A stretch of 64,000 nucleotides of DNA from Eledone cirrhosa (Eukaryota). The first letter of the stretch is position 1. Every line of letters begins with the position of its first letter. The translations under genes were made by a program, and so were the position numbers. The DNA lies in NCBI GenBank assembly GCA_964016885.1, contig OZ024743.1, forward strand, positions 218,488,001 to 218,552,000, read 5' to 3'. A model generated the notes under the pieces. That model did not search any database, was not told where the DNA came from, and saw nothing but the letters and a program-made list of their open reading frames with translations. Shown here piece by piece: positions 24,434 to 38,884 of this stretch.

Positions 24434-25981
24434 CTATATAGGTGGGTTGATTTTTGTAACATTTTTGTTTTGTTTGTCTGGTGTAGCTGACTTTCCAATA
24501 TTCGCTATAACAACCACTCCTCTCTACAGGCATCACATTGTTTTTCTTCTGCTATAAATCGATGTTGTTTAAGTTCCATATAATTGTTCAGTTCAATTCT
24601 CTGTTACTTTTTTCATTTTTTGTTGTTGCCATCTTATATATTTATTTATATACTGTAAACTTTTTTTCTTTTTTTCCTTAAATTCTATTCCTTGATAGCA
24701 GAAAATTTAAAAAGTTGTAAAAATTTTTTTTTTTTTCAAAATGATAATAAAAGCTAATGTACCATGTTGATGAAAAAGAAAAAAAGAAGATATTTTGCTG
24801 CTGATGTTTTTTATTGCTATTATTTACCAATTTAATGTCTTTGCTATTCTTATTGATGTTTTTGTTGTTGTTGTTGTTGCCAGTTTAATATCCTTTTTAC
24901 TGGTGTTACTCTGGTTATTCTTGCTGTTGTCATTGGTAATGGTGTGATGTTTTTGTTTCTTGTTTTCCTTTCTTTTTTATTTTCACAACATCCTTCCTAA
25001 AGCTTTCATCCAGACATGCCAGAAGGCAGCTTACAGATAATTTAAAATTCAAAGATTAAAATTTAACAGCTGCATCAACAGGGGAATATAAGTAGAGTTA
25101 AATGGACAAATAAAATGGCTGCAGTTTTCTAGAGACTGACATAATCGACAGTACTAAATCGATGGCTTCTTAGTTGATAAAATATTTACAACCCAACTAA
25201 TTCCCTTGGCAAAGCAACAAAGATGAATCTACAAAGTTAATAGCAGCAAGACAAGCTATGCTACAAACTACTCTAGAATTCTCCTTGAAACAATAGTGAA
25301 AGAGATTTCAAAGTAGTCAGCAGTCTGAAAACTAAACAGTCAAAAGAATGTACAAGTGTCTTTAGTTAATAAAAAAATATATAAATGAAAACAAATGAAT
25401 GCATGAATAATAATTATAATAAATAAAACAGCTGAGCAGTAATAACAAGTAAAGATGGTCAAATCGATTAGGATACCGGACATCCAGCTGAGAATCTGGA
25501 AGTCCATATACTGTTGGAAGGATATGGCACTAATGCATCATTGGCACTTGCACTTAGCTCTCTCCACATCACTATTCATCTATTTCTACAAAGAACTGAA
25601 AAAAATTCACTGATGTAAATGAACAGAGTTATAAAACTGACAACACATTAGTTTGCAGTAATGAGTTATATTTTTCTATATGTATATAATGAATAACCCA
25701 ATAATAATAAATTGATATCCTCTACCAGGAAACACTTATCTTTCAATCTCTAAATATAGCAGAAACCAGAAATCAGCAATTGCCCTGTGGATTGCAGGCA
25801 CCAAAAGAAAAGAAAATATCAAAAGGCACAAGGCTAGAAATTTAAGGAGAGGAGTTAGTCAATGAAATCAACCCTAGTATTTGACACAATGGATAAATCA
25901 TTGCGCTCTTGAACGAGGCACTCCATTTCACATTGCTTCAGTTCATTCAGCTAAAAATGAGTACCAACAACAATTAAGAGT

Positions 25982-26172
25982 AACTTTGCAATGAACAGGT
26001 GTCATTTAAGACCACATGAAACTTTGCAATGAACAGGTGTCATTTAAGACCATATGAAACTTTGCAATGGACAGGTATAATTTAAGACCACATGAAATTT
26101 TGCAATGGACAGGTGTCATTTAAGACCACATGAAACTTTGCAATGGACATGTGTCATATAAGACCACATGAA
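25982..26172. repeat. 38-bp minisatellite, 5 copies
   Basis: Unit AACTTTGCAATGGACAGGTGTCATTTAAGACCACATGA. Confidence 0.9.
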
Positions 26173-26289
26173 ACCAGATATATTCTGGCCTGGTGAGCTT
26201 CTGATCATTAATCTGGTCACTGGAACTTTTATGCATCAAGAATGAAACATTCAGCTTCCTGGATCACTGTTTATATCTCTCTATATTCA

Positions 26290-26510
26290 CCCTTTAGCAT
26301 TTAAACTGGCCGTATCTAACCAGAATTCTCTCACCTCTTTCTGTTCAAACCGGCAAAAACCAGTCACTCATACTGACATTAAGGTATTGTTCTCAAAATA
26401 AATAATATCATCATCAAAATCTTGTAGGTTCCATATTATGTGAGATAATTATGTGAGATAAAGCCTTTACCATGAAAATATAATAGTAGAGTAATGTAAA
26501 TGCTAAAGGG
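26290..26510. mobile_element. piggyBac-type MITE (same family as 10500)
   Basis: TIRs CCCTTTAGCATTTA and TAAATGCTAAAGGG, with an identical 4-bp TTCA TSD on both sides. Confidence 0.85.
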
Positions 26511-28324
26511 TTCACTAATACTAAAGACTAAACCAAAAGCAAAAAATAAGGTAACCAGCAACAATACTCTAGGTGTCCCGATAATACATTATTGTTATAA
26601 TATTCTTCACAAAACACTATATAGATAAACAAAACTAGACAGAAACAAGACTAGACAGAAAAACAAATGACTGCAAAATTTGACATAAAAAGATTTTATT
26701 TATCATGAATACAGGAAGTTAGGGAATTTTTCAATTTAAAACTATTATAATATCCACTGAAGGACTGCACAAATATTATGTAAAAACAAGGGAAAACTGA
26801 TACAGATAACTAAAAGGCATGATCAAAGAAAAAACTATTTGTCTGTCTATCAAGGAAGCCAACAGATACAATGCAAGCTGAGATGAAATACAGCTTGTGA
26901 ACATAACAGTGAAACAAAACAGATGTTAAATAGAAAAATAATGTTGTCTCTGATAAGACAAAGCGAGAATGTATTTGAATACATATAAAAATGTAAAAAC
27001 TCATCACTAGAACAGCTGTTAAAACACCTAAATGCTGTTGTCTCTGTTGACCATGGGCTGCTGGTCTCTGTCCTCTGAGGCATTTTTGCCCATTGCTGTC
27101 TTTGGCAGCATTTAAATGTTTTAACGGTTGTTCTAGCAATGAGTTTTCTCATTTTTATATGTATTAAAACAGATGTAAAAAGCTAAAAATTAAGCTATAA
27201 GTAGAGCTACAGAAGGCAGTGATAAAATAATAGAAAGGAAAATCTCAACCTAGCAGATATATGAAAACAATTGAACAGAGTGGAAATGAGAAAGAAAAAT
27301 TGCAGCAAGAAATTGCAGAAAGAAAAATTGCTGAGACTGAGGTATTCTGATCAAACCAGATCAAAGTTTTCATCATCATCACCATCATCTTTGTATTAAC
27401 GTCCACTTTCCCTGCTAGCAAGGGTAGGATGGGTCTACATAGACCAAGTCAGTACTGATCTCCCAGACAGGCCAGGTATCTAACATCTTACTTATATATG
27501 ATCTCGCATTCTACCAGGTGCACAAGGGAGGTTTTTATGTCTTAGGCACAACTTTTTGTTTGGCAAGCTTTCTATGGCTGAATGCCTTTTCTACCATCAA
27601 CCACTTTACAACATGTACTGAGCGTATTTATCATGTAGATCATCAACACTAGAGAGGCTTTCATGTCCTTGACACAACTGAAGCATCCTCCCAACCCTTT
27701 GTTTAGCAAGCTTTCTATGGCTAGATGCCCTTCCTTTCACCAAGCACTTTACAGTATGTACTGAACCCATTTATCGTGTAAAGAAACAATTAACCACATT
27801 TGGCCAAAAGTTAGCAGTGAGTGATTTGAAGATTTGGTTGCTACTTTTAGCAAGTCAATTGACAACACACAGATTTCCTTTTCAGCTTGCTTTTTCTTCA
27901 GTTTTACGTTCTATACAACAATGATGTCAACTCTATCCTTACTGAATATATACAAAGATATGTATAATAAGAATTATATGTCAGTAAATTAAATTATTTC
28001 TAAAAGCATTCACAACACATATGGTTGGACATCATTGATTTAACTTCAACCCTACTTCTATAGAATATATTTTAAAAAGACTATAAATACATCAAACAAT
28101 GTAATCTTGAAATTTATATATTATATTTCTATTTGTTTTTTTAAATTTCTATTATATATATATTGTTGTGAATAATAGTTATATTGAGTATAAAGTTTCA
28201 TTATATATATTAGCTAGTTTTGGTGCATTTAAAATGATTAAAAATACATAAATAAATTTAGAAACACTAGTGCTCTTTAAAAATGCATGAATTTTGATTT
28301 ATCACTATATGTCCAATGCTAGAA

Positions 28325-28358
<34 letters not shown>

Positions 28359-28582
28359 GGGCGGTGGATTGGCAGTACCAGTAGAGCATTGGACAACATG
28401 CTTTGCAACATAGAGTTACAGCCCTTTACATTCAAATCCCGCTGAAGTTAGCTTTGCCTTTCATCCTAACGGGGTCGATAAAATAAGCACCAGTAATGCA
28501 GTGGGGTTGATTTAATCAATTTTCCCCTGCCCCAAAATTGCTGGCCCTGTGCCTAAAGTAGAAACAATTATTATTATTATTA

Positions 28583-28614
<32 letters not shown>

Positions 28615-30349
28615 CTTATTATTGCTTGTGTTTTTCCTCTTCCTTCAGTTTTGTTTCCATTTCTTGCCAAGTGTCATCCCAACACCTTGTTCAGAGAAAC
28701 TCACTGCATACATTGGTAAGCCACAAAATAAATTCACCAGATTGTTCACATCATGCACTTTACACAGTTACAAGTATATTATTTGCTTTATACATGTTTA
28801 CATTATCTGTTTAAAATCATATTTACAACAGAATGATAGTCAATCATATAAGAGTGCTCAATCATTTACAACTTACATGATTATGGAATTAGGGTCGATA
28901 AAATAAAGTACCAGAAATGCATTGGGATAATTGCTGGCCTTGTGCCAAAAGTAGAAACAATTATTGTTTGAGACTTCCTTTGAATTCTGCTTCTTTCCCA
29001 AACCATGCTCATTGTCAACTGAGGCAAAATTTGACAATACACATTTTACAATCAATTGTTATACTGATGATGCCATAAGTGCATAAACATCCGTAAATGT
29101 CTTTGCAAGGTTTTTAAATTGATAATGCCATTCTCAGGACATGAACAGTGCCAGTCAGCACTATTTTCTGTATCTCTTGCAGAGATGGCTTGCCAGGTAT
29201 ATAGTCCAAGGCAGTATCGGTAGAGTGTCAGACACCATGCTTTGTAGCACAGAGTTATGGCCCTTTACGTTCTGAATTCAAATCCCGCCAAAGTTAACTT
29301 TGATTTCACCCTTACAGGGATAAAATAAAGTACCAGTAATGCACTGGGTAATTGCTGACCTTGTGCCAAAAGTAGAAACAATTATTACACCTGTATAAGG
29401 AATTGTCTTTAGCTTGGCACTCTGGAGATCTGTTTTCAAGTTAGATTTTATATTTTTCACAATTTCTACTCTTTATTCTTTGTTTTCATTTTCTTCATCA
29501 TTCAGTTTTTTGTTTTGTTTTTAACTTTCCATTGTTCTTCATTAGGTATTTTTGTAGGGCTCTTTAAAGCTAAAAATATCCACTAAAGTAGGACACATAC
29601 AGAAGATGCCAAATGACTGGTGTAGAAGTATTACCATCAACTGATAGAAATGCATCAAATGAATTACGTTATGAAAGGAGCATAACAAATCTTAGCACAA
29701 CTGATTAGGTAAAAAGGTAGATGTAGTTCGGGTTTGTGCCAGGACAGGATACAATACTACATTCTTCTTAATGAGATAACTATAAGTGAAGTTCTTAGCT
29801 AAGAGCAAGCCACTATACCTAGCATTTGTTGAACTGGAGAAGTTTCCTGGCAGGATGACATGCTCTGTAGTCTGGTGGTCACTAAGAAAACTAGGTGTAG
29901 GTCAATAGCATATGAGAATAAGCAAACTATACATATTTAGACACCATAAGCATGGTGAGAGTTAGCAACACACAAAAACAAGATGGTGTAGCACAGAACA
30001 AAGGAGAGACACAAAATAAGAAATCAGTCACTGAGGTCACAGAATGTGTGAGGAAAGAGCTTTGAAAATATATAAACAACCATCCAGTTATTGAACCAAC
30101 GTACCAGAAATTTATAATAAATTGAAGTGAAAACCAACAGGTGCGTGTGTTTTTATTGGCAGCATGACCCTCCGAAAGTATAACAATATATATATATCAT
30201 TTCATCATCATTTCATTTTACGTCCGCTTTTTCCCTGCTTGCAAGGGTGGGACGGGAACTCTCTCTCTCTCTATATATATATATATAGATCAGGATTATA
30301 CCAATTTTAAACTAGCAGAATATTCGATACTTGGGATAGTAGAGTATAA

Positions 30350-30470
30350 ATATAGTAGAGAGTCAGAGAATGATGGCTGAGATGTTGCCATTTTGACAGC
30401 AAATTCAGACTCTGAATTTGCTGTCGAAATGGCAACAGCTCAGCCGTCAGGCCCTGACTATCTACTATAT
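30350..30470. repeat. 121-bp near-perfect palindrome
   Basis: Centred on C30410 (...AAATTCAGA-C-TCTGAATTT...) and flanked by TA. Confidence 0.85.
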
Positions 30471-30483
30471 ATATATTTAGGCT

Positions 30484-30656
30484 TAGAACATGTGGAAAAT
30501 CTCAAGCACAGGAAAATAGCTGTGATCACATATTAGAAAATTGGGTAAAATACCCCTATAGATAGAAAAAGCGGTCGGCAGCTGCTACAGAGAATTGTAT
30601 ATTCTAAGCTGTGTTCACAGCTATTTTCCTGCATTCAAGATTTTCTACATTTTCTA
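30484..30656. mobile_element. Small inverted-repeat (MITE-like) element
   Basis: ~50-bp imperfect inverted arms (GAAAATAGCTGTGA / TCACAGCTATTTTC). Confidence 0.55.
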
Positions 30657-30907
30657 TTTACTAAGCATTTCAACTCACTTGATGTTTATTTGCAAATGCT
30701 GTCATATATATATTACGAGAAAAACTACAAACCCTCCATCTCAATTCTACTTTTGAAAAGCACAAGAACTGCTAAACTGGTAAAGGAACCAAATAAATAT
30801 ATTTAAAAAAAAAAAGACTCCAGTTGCATTTTCGATTCATCTTTTTTCCTTATACTTTCACTCATATAGGACACCTCGTTTTTTTTCATTTTGTAAAAAA
30901 ACCTCAC

Positions 30908-30939
<32 letters not shown>

Positions 30940-31379
30940 GAGTGTTTGTTTGTGTGTGTGTGCATATGTATCATCACTGTCTAATGTCTATTTTCCATGC
31001 TTGTATGGGTTAGATGAGTAGACAAATCAGGTAACCATGTCTTGCACATATGTTCCATTTTTGGCTCGGTTTGTATGGCTGGCTTTTGGTGCCTGGTCCC
31101 CAATTTTTGTAATGGCTACAGTTCTTTTTCCATTCTTGTTAATTTTAGTGCATACACTTGGTTGCTGATCAGTAGTAGCCTCAACTTTCAGCCCCTGATA
31201 CTGCAGGCATGTACTGGACCTTGCTGACCCAACAAGAATTACTGTTGACTATTTTATGTGCAAATATATGATGAGAACTATTTTTTTTTTTAAGTTTTCA
31301 CAAATGATGCAGATAATGGGCTGATTTAAAATGAAAAAGTGCTGGAGCGGGTGCAATAATGCACCAGCTTAAACACCAA

Positions 31380-31880
31380 AACTTAGTCATCAAAAAAAGG
31401 GAGGTGGGTATAAAAACTGAACTTGCTATCTTTAATTCGGTGTTCATATCTATGGTTGTGAATCTTAGGTAATGACTGATAAAATATGATGGCAAACACA
31501 AGCAATCAAAATGGGGTTACTCCGAAATGTTTTTGGAATAACATTATTCAATAGGATATATAGTTTGGAGATCAAGGAATCATTCCAGGTAGAGCCACTA
31601 CTTTTTCACACTGAAAGATCACAGATCTGGTATTATGGACTCATGGTTAGAAAGTCAAATCAAAGAATCACTGAACAGATTTTGCAAGCAAAGCCAATCA
31701 ACAAGAGACCCAGAGGTAGCCCATGAGCAAGATGGTTGGATAATATCCATAAGTACATTTCATCTCTTGGGGATCCAGCTGGGTCATTTGGAGATGGTTA
31801 CTTCTGTTAGGACACTTTGGAAACCCTGTCTCAGGACTTTGCCTCTATGACCCTCATAGAATAAGGAAGAAGAAAAGAAT
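31380..31880 (+). mobile_element. Degenerate RTE-like LINE 3' fragment
   Basis: ORF remnant ERSQIWYYGLMVR...KRPRG.P. Confidence 0.6.
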
Positions 31881-32584
31881 TAAAAACCATAGGCAGTGTC
31901 TTTCATTAGAAATATGTTAAAGAGGTTATTGGAGTATTTGTGAGCTTTACTCTACCATGATACCCCATTGGCACAACTTAGTAGTCAATTAAACTAACTG
32001 CTTGTTCATCTTTTGACAAAGGCAAAACTAAAGACAGAAAAAAGACTGGTTTGTAGTCATAGTCTGGATGTCATTGATTATACATCTGCATGACCAATAC
32101 CAGACAAGGAGATGTTAAATAACAACTTCAAAGATCTATATCTAGTTGATCAAGTTTCAATAAATAGCAGCTAAATTACCCTAGAAATATATATTCCTAC
32201 TGTCTTTAAAACAGAAGGAAACATTGGAAAATGTAGCAGTATGTACACTACTCATATGTTTGGAAAAAAACTAATACTGACTGGAATAACTTTGATCATA
32301 CATCTGCTGGATCAGATCTGGCCTAGGGGTTAAAAAAATCTAACATCAACATATGTCTGTGTATGTATGTGCTTGTGAAATAAAATGAGTTGCACTGAAT
32401 AAAGGGCAAATGACACATCAGTCTAGATTCACAAACAGATATATTAGTATCAAGTCAGATTCATATAAATTTACTTTGACAGCTGTTAAAATATATTTTA
32501 GATTTTACATTATTTATAGATTTCTTATATATATATATATATACATACACACACATATATATATATATAAGAATATATATACAC

Positions 32585-32620
<36 letters not shown>

Positions 32621-32885
32621 ACAAAATTATATATATTTATAAACATAAATATGAATATATGTACATATATGCATGTGTGTGTGTGAGTGTGTATGTGTGC
32701 ATGTGTTTTCTCAGTGTATGTACAGTATACATATATATCATATACATAAATGTACACATACACAACTATATATAAATATATATATATAAATATATATATA
32801 TAAATATATATATATACATATATATATACACAAACACAATCATATATAAATACATATATACATATATATATACACATACACAATC

Positions 32886-32928
<43 letters not shown>

Positions 32929-32958
32929 ATCATATATATATATATATACACACACACA

Positions 32959-33021
<63 letters not shown>

Positions 33022-33027
33022 GCAATC

Positions 33028-33064
<37 letters not shown>

Positions 33065-35118
33065 AATGTATTTACACGTGCATATATGAACATACATACA
33101 TACATAAACTAATGTATATCAGATACTCTTGCCAAACTATAAAACTATAGATGATTCAGTTTTAAAGTAGATATTAAAATTTTCATTGTCTTCTTTTTGT
33201 TATGATTTGGTTATTGATTGTCATTATTATCATTATTATTATTATTATCATTATCATCATCATCATTCTTTTTCTCCCTTGTCAATAAATAGCTTTGAAG
33301 CTCTCACCATGAGAGCAGCTGATGCTACATTAATAGGGGAAAGGCCAGTGATGAGTCAAAGGTGCTGAACAGTTCAAACAATTGATGTCTACCTAGCACA
33401 AAGCTAGCTTGCTTGTGGAAGACTAAGAAACGCGTCTATATTCAGCATGACGATGATGATGATGATGATGGTGATGATGAGATGATGACGACGACAATGG
33501 TTATGATGATGATGATGATGATGATGATAATGTTACTGGTTATGATAGTGATGGTGAGATGGTGGTAGTTATGATGGTATTGTTCATGATGTCAGTCTAA
33601 GGTTAGTGGTGGAAAGGTGCTTTGAATCAGTGAATAATGTCACTGTATAAAAAGCTGTAGCTGTAGTTGTTCTTGTTGTTGTTGTTGTTGTTTAGCTCCA
33701 CATCAGTCCTGATTGAGCAGATGACCATCCTGTCTTTTTTTGTTTTGTTTTTTTACAGGCAGCATGCATTGAGGACCACATTATCTAATGTATCCTTTCT
33801 TTTGTAAGACGGCATGGCATAATTAGAGGGAGATTTGTAGTTTGATTGGTCATTAGAGGCTGCTTCATTATCTTATGCAAAAGCATGGACTATTATATTT
33901 GGCTCATTGGCTTTTGTTGGTTTACTTAACTCAGTCAACCAAGATGGAAATATAAGCCAAATAAGATATTAGGTAATTATTTAAACTAACTTTATTCCCC
34001 CATAACTAGACCAGAAAAAGTATTGGTAGAGCGTCGGACAACATGCTTTATGGCATAGAGCTACATCTCTTTATGTTCTGAGTTCAAATCCTGCCAAGGT
34101 TAGCTTTGCCTTTCGTTCTTAAAGGGTCTATAAAATAATCAACTTTCCTCTCCCGCCAAAAATTGTTGGACTTGTGCCTAAATCAGAAACAAATAATTAT
34201 AGGGATTAAATGTAAAGTCCAAAATTAGAAGAAACTGGTGATGGTCTGCATTAGATGCAATTAGTCGATAGGAGGGTTGTCTTGTGTTTGAATGAGAGAG
34301 ACGAAGAGAAAGTGATGTTGTTGCCTTGAGAAAATAATTGTTGCGGGTTTTGAACTCAGAATGGCAAGAGCCGTAACTCTATGCATTAAAACATGGCGTC
34401 CGACCCTCTACCGATAATGGGCAGTACCCCAGCATAGCCACAGCTTGTGAACTGGAAGAGGTAAAAGAGTTAGTAAAAAATGAAGGTATAAGAGGATACA
34501 TAGGGATACCTGAAGGTACATGAGAGTACTTGAGGGTACATGATGCTACATGAAAGTACATTGGGCTTCATGAGGAACTTGAGGGTATATGAAGGTAGAT
34601 GAGGATACATGGAGACAAGAAGGTATATAGGGATACATGGGAATTCAAGAGGGTATGTAGAGACCCATGAAGGGACATGTGGGTAGATGGGGTTACAGGA
34701 GCAACAAATCAATGAACTATAGTATAAATCTGTAGTATTTTCTAATGAACTATTCATTTCATATCTGAGTGTAAGAGTGATAAGGAAATAACTTGGAGCA
34801 GAACAAATATTGAAAGGGTCTTCATTAAAATAATATTGTTTTATGATTGTTTTTCTCAACGATGTTTACATCTTTCATTCATATACAACACCAACATTTA
34901 TACATGCACATACATGCATACATACATACATACATACATACATACATACATACATACATACATACATACATACATACGTTTATATTAAATATTTAAGTAG
35001 AGCACAGTATAAGTTAAATAAAACTGTTTACACTTCATTCTTTTCATCATGAAGGTTTCTAATTCAAAAACTGTAGTTATACCTATATGAAATTTACATT
35101 AAATAGTTAAAAATGCAT

Positions 35119-35530
35119 ATACAAGGTGCATTTCAAAAGTATCCAACTTTGGGCATAAAAAACAATTTTTTTACATTTCACAAATTTTATTTAATCACCT
35201 TCAAAATATTCCCCTTGGGAGTTGACACACTTCTCCCCGTGGTTCTGCCTCAGTTGGTAACACCTCCGGGACACCTTTTTTGGAATACTGTGGACCTCCA
35301 TCATTGCTTTTCTCATAATTTCTTCTTGTGACCCAAATCACTTCCCTTTCTTTTTCAGATTGGGGAAGAGCCAGAAGTCACATGGTGCCAAGTAGAGAAA
35401 GTAGGGAGCTTCTCGCACAAGTGGTGCATTGTTGTGGTGAAGTTGCAAATTCTTTGCTGCCCGCATATCAGGCTGCTTTCAATGCATGGCATCACAAAGG
35501 TGATGTATAACCTCCAGGTAGTATTCCTTA
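35119..35530 (-). mobile_element. Mariner transposon remnant
   Basis: TA-flanked mariner-like terminus at ~35119. The minus strand encodes LAPCDFWLFPNLK (YSPDLAPxDF motif) near 35350-35395. Confidence 0.7.
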
Positions 35531-35624
35531 TTGCTCATACATTCCATTTTGGCATGGTTTTCTTATGGCTGGATGTCGTCCTTAATTCCAACAACATCCT
35601 GGCATGTACCGGGTTCATTTACTC

Positions 35625-36330
35625 ATGGTGCCACCACTACCATCAGATAAGTTGGACAGGGTGCTTTTTCATGGTACCAGCACTACCATCAGACAAGGTG
35701 GATAGGGTACTTTTTCATGGTACCAGCACTACCATCAGACAAGGTGGATAGGGTACTTTTTCATGGTACCAGCACTACCATCAGACAAGGTGGATAGGGT
35801 ACTTTTTCATGGTACCAGCACTACCATCAGACAAGGTGGATAGGGTGCTTTTTCATGGTACCAGCACTACCATCAGACAAGATGGATGGGGTGCTTTTTC
35901 ATGGTACCACCACTACCATTAGACAGTGTGGACAGGGGACTTTTTCATGGAACCACCACAACCATCAGACAACGTGGACAGGATGCTTTTTCATGGTACC
36001 ACCACAACCATCAGACAAGGTGGACAGGGTGCTTTTTCATGGTACCACCACAACCATCAGACAAGGTGGACAGGGTGCTTTTTCATGGTACCACCACAAC
36101 CATCAGACAAGGTGGACAGGGTGCTTTTCATGGTACCACAACTACCGTCAGACAAGATGGATAAGGTGCTTTTTTATGGTACCACCACTACCATGAGATA
36201 CGGTGGACAGAGTGCTTTTTTATGGTACCACTACTACCATCAGACATGGTGGACAGGGTGCTTTTTCACGGTACCACCACTACCATCAGACATGGTGGAC
36301 AAGGGACTTTTTCATGATATCTTTACTACC
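35625..36330. repeat. 46-bp minisatellite, about 15 copies
   Basis: Unit ATGGTACCACCACAACCATCAGACAAGGTGGACAGGGTGCTTTTTC. Confidence 0.95.
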
Positions 36331-36664
36331 ATATGTTCGTTAATTGACAAACAATTACTACAAACCATAAAAGAGATTTAGACTAGAAAAGGAGTCAACA
36401 AAGTATTAGTTTCTCCTATTAATCCTTCCTTTATTCTATTACAGGCTAAATATAACATTTGACCATCAGTTGAATTCAGATCCACTGCAGATATTCTTTC
36501 GTGTATTTATTCATTTCTCATGTTAATTTTATTGGTTTGGTCTGGAGAAAGAGGCTATAGTTATGGCTTTTACAAGTCTTTTGAGATTGATGAGATCAAT
36601 GGACTAAGTTACCAAAAATAATTACAATATCACCTGAGAATAATACCTGCAACATGTCTAAAAT

Positions 36665-37025
36665 ATTACTGTCATATACAACAGAGTACTCTCCTATCCA
36701 GATGTAGGATTTACTGTCATATACTATAGAGTACTCTCCTATCCAGATGTAGGTTTTACTGCCATATACAACAGATTACTGACAGACACAGATGTAGTTT
36801 TTACTGCCATATACAACAGAGTATTCTCCTATCCAGATGTAGGTTTTACTGTCATATACAACAGAGTACTCTCCTATCCAGATGTAGGTTTTACTGTCAT
36901 ATACAACAGAGTATTCTCCTATCCAGATGTAGGTTTTACTGTCATATACAACAGAGTACTCTCCTATCCAGATGTAGAATTTACTGCCATATACAACAGA
37001 ATACTGACACATCCAGATGTAGGTT
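36665..37025. repeat. 45-bp minisatellite, about 8 copies
   Basis: Unit TTACTGTCATATACAACAGAGTACTCTCCTATCCAGATGTAGGTT. Confidence 0.95.
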
Positions 37026-37927
37026 TATTTTTCATTTGATTAAAGTAATTTTACTAGAACCAAGCAACAGCATTTAAACAATGTTTTGGCTCATTGTGGT
37101 CTGTTTTTGTTGTGTTGTTGTTTTTTCTTTTTTACTTAATTGAGGCAGGCATAACTGTTTAGTTAGGAAATTTGCTTTGAAACTATATGACCTATAAACC
37201 AACTATGTACATCTTCCACCCACCTCCAACATGATCAAAGACTTCTGCATTGGTCATAAGCCATTTCTCTCTTCTTTCCACCCCCAGTGTCAAAGACTTG
37301 TACAAAGGTCCTTAGCACTCTCTCCCTTCTCTCCACCTCAAGTATTGGAGTCTTCTTGCAAGTGTCATAAGCACTTTCTCCCTTCCCTCCAGCCTCTATA
37401 TCAGACTTTTGCAAAGGTCCTAAGCACTTCCTCTCTTCCTCATCAGTTTCAGTGATCTCTGTAGAGTGATGAGCACTTTCATCCTCCCTCCAATGACTAG
37501 CTACAAAGATCGCTGCAAAAGTCATGAGCACTTTTTTTTTTTTCCCCCTTCCAGTTTCAGAGAGGTCCGCAGGAGTCATGGGCACAACCTCTTTCCCACT
37601 TGCCCTTTAGTCTTGGAGACCTCTGCAAAGATCATGACCACTCCTTCTCTTTCCCTACTTACTAATCTCAGTGACATCTGCAATAGCCAGGGGGTGTTTT
37701 ACTTCCACCACACTCTAAACCATAAAAAATATCAAGACGATTATTGCTTTTTGTTTGATTTACTATTTTTCATTCTGTTTGATGTTAAATAAAGTTGTCA
37801 TAATTGACCTCCACTCCCACCCCAGGGATCTATTGATCTGCTGGGCCGAAATCTGACATTATATAAGAAATATAAAATAATTCAATAAAATAAAGCTTGT
37901 TTATACAGGTTTCTGATTTATATATAA

Positions 37928-38499
37928 CTAGCAGAGTAGGCTGTCATTGGTGGGCAATTTTCATTTCCCCCAAGCCTTATCTCTCTTTACTTATTCACCT
38001 TGTCCCCATTCTTGTCAATTGTCAAACATCCCCAAGATAGTTTCTATGGAAATTTACTCAGTGAAGCCGTATGTTGAAGTGGTATCAGTCGCTTGTTGTA
38101 TACTTTAGTGTGGGCGTCTTCACGTAAACTTTGGGTGACCTCCATGAGACAACTCTCTGCCTCATAGCAAAAGCAATGGCCCTCCCTACTGCTGATGGCA
38201 TGGATGGATGGAATAAGGTCTTATTGAAAGAATGCATGAGACGATCAATAAAAGCCAGGCTACTTAAATTGTTACAGTAACAGTGATTGATAGTATTACT
38301 ATTTTCTTAATTTTTTTGTATTTTTTTTTTTATTCTTTTCAGGATTAAGAAACTCCATGTGCCCCAAACCCTTCTCCTTGGGGCAGAGATTTCGAAAAGA
38401 AAAAAAATTTTTTTATCTAGGATGCACCGTTTTCAAGCCTTTTGGTGACATACATATACACATACATATACACATATACACTCTCAAATATATAATAGA
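37928..38499 (-). mobile_element. Non-autonomous Helitron-like element
   Basis: The minus strand starts a|TCTATTATATA and ends CTGCTAG|t. It has an internal (TACA)n tract and no TSD. Confidence 0.5.
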
Positions 38500-38884
38500 T
38501 TAGGTCTTTATTGTCTATGTCTTTTATATTCCATTTACTGATTTATTTTTGTACATGCCTGGGGGGGGGGGGGATCAATGAATGTGACAAGGAATTTATG
38601 AAGGGAGTTGATGGTTCAAAAAGTTTGGGGATTCTTGAGGGTAGAGGAATAGCTGGGATAGTAGAATGCAGTATCATTTCATTATGTCTCAGATATTCAA
38701 ACAAGCAATGGTTGTATTTGCCTGAATCATTCACCTTGAGATTGTTAAAATAAGTAGTATTGATATTATAGGGAATGGGTTTACTTGATTACTATACCTC
38801 TTCCTCTGTAAATCTCTTACCTTCGCCTTATGTAAGAAATTGTTACTTCAAAATCGGTGAAATTAATGTGCAATATGCCCTTAC

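Noticed and set aside
25440-25600. Exon-like segment and miR-96/183-like TGGCACT seeds
   Set aside because: Stops follow the acceptor in all frames and no precursor hairpin is evident.
29060-29100. Hammerhead-like CTGATGA-TGC..GCA-TAAA, and a similar motif at ~60245-60295 (-)
   Set aside because: The core boxes or stems are too degenerate to call, though they may be decayed members of the class.
35625-37025. Regular repeats as a CRISPR-like array or repeat protein
   Set aside because: The units are contiguous with no unique spacers, the context is a eukaryotic intron, and the 46-bp unit shifts frame.
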